A stretch of 37,168 bases of DNA from a virus (lineage: Duplodnaviria > Caudoviricetes), in IMG/VR virus record IMGVR_UViG_3300011337_000014, positions 1-37,168 of that record; one strand, written 5' to 3'. Shown here in pieces: positions 33,075 through 37,168 of the stretch (its first letter is position 1; every line of letters begins with the position of its first letter). A model generated the notes under the pieces. The model worked only from the letters and a program-made list of their open reading frames with translations. It was not told the origin of the DNA and made no database searches. The translations under genes were made by a program, and so were the position numbers.

Positions 33075-35299
33075 TGGCTGATTACACAGGAATTGCCGCT
33101 GCTGGCGCTGTATCAAACGGTGGTTCTGCAAAGGACAAGAGCAGTTCCGACATTCTCGCTACCGCACGCAGTCGCCTTGACATGGCGATCTCTGCGTTGT
33201 CAGAGTCGCGTGAAGACGAGATTGATGACCTGCGTTTCTACGCTGGCTCACCGGACAATCATTGGCAATGGCCTGCTGACGTACTTGCTACCCGTGGTGC
33301 AGTACAAGGCCAAACGATCAACGCACGCCCGTGCCTGACTATCAACAAACTACCCCAACACGTTAAACAAGTTACGAATGACCAAAGACAAAATAGACCA
33401 AGTGGTAAGGTCATTCCTGCTGACGACAATGCAGACGTGGAAATTGCCGAAATCTTTAATGGATTGGTACGCCACATCGAATACATCTCTGATGCCGATG
33501 TCGCCTATGACACAGCGTGCGAGAACCAAGTCTCCTATGGAGAGGGATACATCCGGCTGCTGACTGAGTATTGTGACGAAAACACATTTGACCAAGACAT
33601 CAAGATTGGGCGAATCCGCAATTCTTTCAGCGTCTATATGGACCCGACCATCCAAGACCCTTGCGGCGCGGATGCAAAGTATTGTTTTATTACCGAAGAC
33701 ATCCCCAAAGCAGAATACGAGCGCCTGTATCCCAATTCAGCGCCCATTACAACTTTGCAATCTTTGGGTGTGGGCGACCAATCCATCTCCAACTGGCTCA
33801 ATGAAAACACAGTCCGCATTGCTGACTACTACTACATTGACTATGACCGTGCTACATTGAATTTGTACCCCGGCAACTTAACAGCGTTTGAGGGTACGCC
33901 CGAAGACAAACAATTTAAGGCAATTTATGGAAAACCTAAAAAATCTCGTGAATCTGATCGTGTCAAAGTTAAATACTGCAAGATCAACGGTTATGAAATT
34001 CTTGAAGAACGTGATTGGGCGGGGAAATACATCCCAGTAGTTCGCGTTGTTGGCAATGAATTTGAGGTTGATGGGCGTTTGTACCTGTCTGGCCTAGTCC
34101 GAAATGCAAAAGATGCACAGCGGATGTACAACTACTGGGTATCTCAAGAGGCTGAGATGCTGGCACTTGCACCAAAAGCCCCATTTATCGGCTACGGTGG
34201 TCAGTTTGAAGGTTACGAAGACAAGTGGAAGACCGCAAACACGACAAATTGGCCTTACCTAGAGGTAAACCCTGATGTGACTGACGGTTCTGGCGCTGTT
34301 TTGCCATTACCACAACGCGCCCAGCCCCCAATGGCATCTAGCGGCCTGTTGCAAGCCAAAGCTGGCGCTTCCGAAGACATTAAATCGACAACGGGTCAAT
34401 ACAACGCTAGTTTGGGCATGGGAAGCAACGAACGCTCAGGAAAAGCAATTCTTGCGCGTCAACGTGAAGGTGATGTGGGTACTTACCACTACGGCGACAA
34501 CCTCGCCCGTGCGGTACGCCACATCACTCGCCAGATCGTTGACCTTGCGCCTAAGATTTACGACACACAACGCGTGGCGCGGATCATCGGCGAAGACGGT
34601 GAAACCGACATGGTCAAGATTGACCCCATGCAGCAAGAACCAGTCAAGAAAATTTTTGATCCTATGAACCCATCGGTAGTGATAGACAAAATCTATAACC
34701 CTGCCGTGGGTAAGTACGATGTGGTGGTAACCACAGGCCCCGGCTACGCAACCAAGCGCCAAGAGGCACTTGAGGCAATGGCGCAGTTGCTGCAAGGCAA
34801 CCCACAATTGTGGCAAGTGGCTGGTGATCTGTTTGTCAAAAACATGGATTGGCCTGGCGCACAGGAAATGTCAAAACGCTTTGCCAAAACCATCGACCCC
34901 AAACTCATGGAAGACGGCGACAAGTCGCCAGAGTTGCAGGCTGCTGAACAACAAATGCAGGCAATGGGCGCTGAGATGGATCAGATGCACCAAATGATTA
35001 CCAATGTCGGCAAGTCGATTGAGATGCAAGACATGAAGCGCAAAGACTACGAGGCCGAGATCAAGGCGTACCAAGCCGAGACACAGCGCATTAGCACAGT
35101 TCAAGCCAGTATGTCACCAGAGCAGATTCAAGACATCGTGATGGGTACAATCCACGCAGCAATGGATTCTGGCGATATTGTGAACGGATCACCAGAAATG
35201 CGTGAACCCGCAGAAATGCCTGAGATGCCTGAGATGCCAATGGAACAACAAGGTATGGAGCAAATGCCACCACAAGGAATGCCAAATGAAATGCAATGA
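33074..35299 (+). CDS. Portal protein, P22 gp1-like
   Basis: 741 aa; RPCLTINKL, GLVRNAKDAQRMYNYW, SGKAILARQREGD, YDVVVTTGPGYATKRQE; Gln/Met-rich barrel. Confidence 0.95.
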   Translation: MADYTGIAAAGAVSNGGSAKDKSSSDILATARSRLDMAISALSESREDEIDDLRFYAGSPDNHWQWPADVLATRGAVQGQTINARPCLTINKLPQHVKQVTNDQRQNRPSGKVIPADDNADVEIAEIFNGLVRHIEYISDADVAYDTACENQVSYGEGYIRLLTEYCDENTFDQDIKIGRIRNSFSVYMDPTIQDPCGADAKYCFITEDIPKAEYERLYPNSAPITTLQSLGVGDQSISNWLNENTVRIADYYYIDYDRATLNLYPGNLTAFEGTPEDKQFKAIYGKPKKSRESDRVKVKYCKINGYEILEERDWAGKYIPVVRVVGNEFEVDGRLYLSGLVRNAKDAQRMYNYWVSQEAEMLALAPKAPFIGYGGQFEGYEDKWKTANTTNWPYLEVNPDVTDGSGAVLPLPQRAQPPMASSGLLQAKAGASEDIKSTTGQYNASLGMGSNERSGKAILARQREGDVGTYHYGDNLARAVRHITRQIVDLAPKIYDTQRVARIIGEDGETDMVKIDPMQQEPVKKIFDPMNPSVVIDKIYNPAVGKYDVVVTTGPGYATKRQEALEAMAQLLQGNPQLWQVAGDLFVKNMDWPGAQEMSKRFAKTIDPKLMEDGDKSPELQAAEQQMQAMGAEMDQMHQMITNVGKSIEMQDMKRKDYEAEIKAYQAETQRISTVQASMSPEQIQDIVMGTIHAAMDSGDIVNGSPEMREPAEMPEMPEMPMEQQGMEQMPPQGMPNEMQ

Positions 35300-35648
35300 T
35301 TTTATGGGAATGTTATTTTTAGCCCGTGATGTAACTCACAGTGTTCATTTGAACACCCGCAGTTACTCTAAGCACGTTGCTCTCAACATTTTCTATGACC
35401 GCATTATTGGTGCTGCCGATGACTTTGCCGAGGCTTACCAAGGCAGACACGGTATGATTGGGCCAATTAGCCTGATGTCTGCCAAAAAAACGACCAATGT
35501 AATTGAGTTCTTGCAAGACCAGCTTGACGAGATCGAAAAGTGCAGATATGAAGTAGTTGACAAATCAGACTCATCGCTGCAACAATTGATTGACAACATT
35601 ATTGAAATTTATTTACGCACGATTTATAAATTGAAGTACCTTGCATGA
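35286..35648 (+). CDS. Ferritin/Dps-like protein, allele 2
   Basis: Allele of 313-675 with altered C-terminus (IYKLKYLA vs LYKLRFLA). Confidence 0.7.
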   Translation: MKCNDFMGMLFLARDVTHSVHLNTRSYSKHVALNIFYDRIIGAADDFAEAYQGRHGMIGPISLMSAKKTTNVIEFLQDQLDEIEKCRYEVVDKSDSSLQQLIDNIIEIYLRTIYKLKYLA

Positions 35649-36244
35649 AAAAACGAGAAGCAAAAGCCTTTAGCTTAAAGTTTTATAACACGGGAAAACC
35701 GTGTAAGCATGGGCATTTGTCAGACAGATATACAAGCACCGCTGTTTGTGTTGAATGCATAAAAATTGCAAGTGTTGATAAGTATAAAAATAACCGTGAT
35801 TCTCAACTTGCTTCTTGGCGTAAATGGCACGAGTCAAACAAAGATATTCACGGAATTCGTGTTAAGCGTTGGCAATCAGCTAACAAAGACAAAGTAAAAG
35901 CAGACGCAAAAGCATGGGCAGCAGCAAACCCTGACAAAGTTAAAGCCAAAGCACTTCGGCACATTAAAAAACATCCTGACGCATATACTGCGCGTGCTGT
36001 GGCAAGTGTTGCCAAAAGGGCTAAACGTGTGCCACAATGGCTTACTTCAGAGGATAGGTGGTTAATGCGTGAAGCCTATTCACTTGCTAAACTAAGAACA
36101 GAATTGTTCGGGTTTAAGTGGGAAGTTGACCACATAATTCCTTTGCGTGGTAATCTAGTTTCTGGGCTTCATGTGCCAACAAATTTGCAGGTATTGCCCA
36201 AGACAGAAAACCGTAGCAAAAGAAATTATTATTTGTTGAAATAA
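35645..36244 (+). CDS. Free-standing HNH homing endonuclease
   Basis: YNTGKPCKHGH..CVEC Zn motif; WEVDHIIPLRG..GLHVPTNLQVLPKTENRSK HNH; absent from copy 1. Confidence 0.9.
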   Translation: MKKREAKAFSLKFYNTGKPCKHGHLSDRYTSTAVCVECIKIASVDKYKNNRDSQLASWRKWHESNKDIHGIRVKRWQSANKDKVKADAKAWAAANPDKVKAKALRHIKKHPDAYTARAVASVAKRAKRVPQWLTSEDRWLMREAYSLAKLRTELFGFKWEVDHIIPLRGNLVSGLHVPTNLQVLPKTENRSKRNYYLLK

Positions 36245-36254
36245 GGAGAATATT

Positions 36255-36557
36255 TTGGAACTCTTAAACCCTCTGGCAGACACCAATTTTCCAGCTAAGT
36301 CCATTACTTACACCGGCACTGCTGGTGTAACTGGTGCTTGGCCTGCTGGCGCTCAAGGCGTGGTGGTTTGGTCTGACCAAGCGTGCTATGTTTTGGTTGG
36401 CGAAGGTGTTACGGCTACAACAGCCAGCACACCCATCCCCCCATTTACACCGATTCCATTCAAAGTGCCAAGCAGCGTTAGCGGTCAGTGGCGCGTGAGT
36501 GCGATCCAAGTGTCTACTGGCGGCACGATCTACTGCAAACCAATGAACTCACAATGA
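36255..36557 (+). CDS. Allele 2 of 685-987
   Basis: Near-identical protein; TTG start after TAAGGAG. Confidence 0.75.
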   Translation: MELLNPLADTNFPAKSITYTGTAGVTGAWPAGAQGVVVWSDQACYVLVGEGVTATTASTPIPPFTPIPFKVPSSVSGQWRVSAIQVSTGGTIYCKPMNSQ

Positions 36558-36718
36558 GTTACTTTGGCATCCCTATTCGGAACGGTGTTTCCATTGGTCT
36601 TGGAAGCATTATTTCCCTTTTGTCGGGGTATGCCAGTGCAACGGTGCAAGGCAATCTTTTAACTGAGATCGGCGACAACCTCGTGCAAGAGGACGGCGGT
36701 CTAATTTTGTTGGAGTGA
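36554..36718 (+). CDS. Allele 2 of 984-1148
   Basis: Near-identical protein. Confidence 0.7.
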   Translation: MSYFGIPIRNGVSIGLGSIISLLSGYASATVQGNLLTEIGDNLVQEDGGLILLE

Positions 36719-36721
36719 TAA

Positions 36722-37168
36722 ATGGCTGATACAAAAATCTCTGCTCTACCGAGCGCAACCGTCCCCCTAGCGGGTACTGAGGTACTGCCAATTGTGCAGG
36801 GCGGCGCGACTACCAAGGTAAGCGCAAACGGCCTGTTTAACAATCCAACAGTAACCAACTATACCGAGGCAGTCGTTGCCATTGGCACAGTGACCACTAC
36901 AAACACTATTGCTTTGACCACTGGCACGGTGCAGACTGCAACTTTGACCGCATCTACGGCTTGCACGTTCACAATGCCTACCGCTACGGCTGGTAAGTCT
37001 TTTGTGCTGCTGCTTAAACAGGCAGCGGCTACGGGTAACGGTACAGCAACATTTACGGGTGTAAAGTTTAATTCTGCTGGCGCACCAACAATTACTGCAA
37101 CCGCTGGCAAGATGGACATTTTGACCTTTATTGCTGACGGCACAAACTGGTACGGTTCTGCCTCTCAA
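36722..37168 (+). CDS. Allele 2 of 1152-1613, truncated by window end
   Basis: MADTKISALPS.. near-identical. Confidence 0.75.
   Translation, partial: MADTKISALPSATVPLAGTEVLPIVQGGATTKVSANGLFNNPTVTNYTEAVVAIGTVTTTNTIALTTGTVQTATLTASTACTFTMPTATAGKSFVLLLKQAAATGNGTATFTGVKFNSAGAPTITATAGKMDILTFIADGTNWYGSASQ

Larger units (their letters stand above)
34974..37168. repeat. Terminal overlap, copy 2 (HNH-containing allele)
   Basis: Homologous to 1-1598 with a net 597-bp insertion. Confidence 0.97.

Noticed and set aside
35645-36244. Group I intron, or HNH as terminase cofactor
   Set aside because: No gene is interrupted and there is no room for ribozyme structure; the gene is absent from the other allele, so it is not essential for packaging
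34974-37168. True direct terminal repeat or tandem gene duplication
   Set aside because: Copies are divergent, start and end mid-gene, and have ~127-nt identical edges typical of assembly overlap

Overview
The window is an essentially complete ~35 kb P22-like podophage genome (portal, scaffold, P22-type coat, gp4/gp10-like head completion proteins, three ejection-protein-like genes, tail spike/fibre). It also has a multi-gene lysis block with a peptidase M15A endolysin, a leftward early operon (Sak4-like ATPase, DUF669 SSB-like, Cas4-like exonuclease, SF2 helicase), a Cro-like regulator, a TOPRIM primase-helicase with an iteron origin, RusA, TerS and TerL. The sequence is circularly overlapped: 1-1598 recurs at 34974-37168. 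The two copies are different alleles, and the second carries a net 597-bp free-standing HNH endonuclease insertion. I saw no integrase, CI repressor, ParAB, DNA polymerase, tRNA or CRISPR. Most notable signals: (i) a XerCD dif-like site directly followed by a DnaA-box cluster just after terS, in a phage with no recombinase of its own; (ii) a T4 T-like holin (TMD plus periplasmic GAF-like domain) within an unusually large lysis cassette; (iii) both empty and occupied alleles of a homing endonuclease site; (iv) a convergent, apparently leaderless two-gene cassette between terS and terL; (v) three CTAGC-N5-GCTAG palindromes overlapping -10 elements. All family assignments come from motif recognition and synteny; no database search was run.
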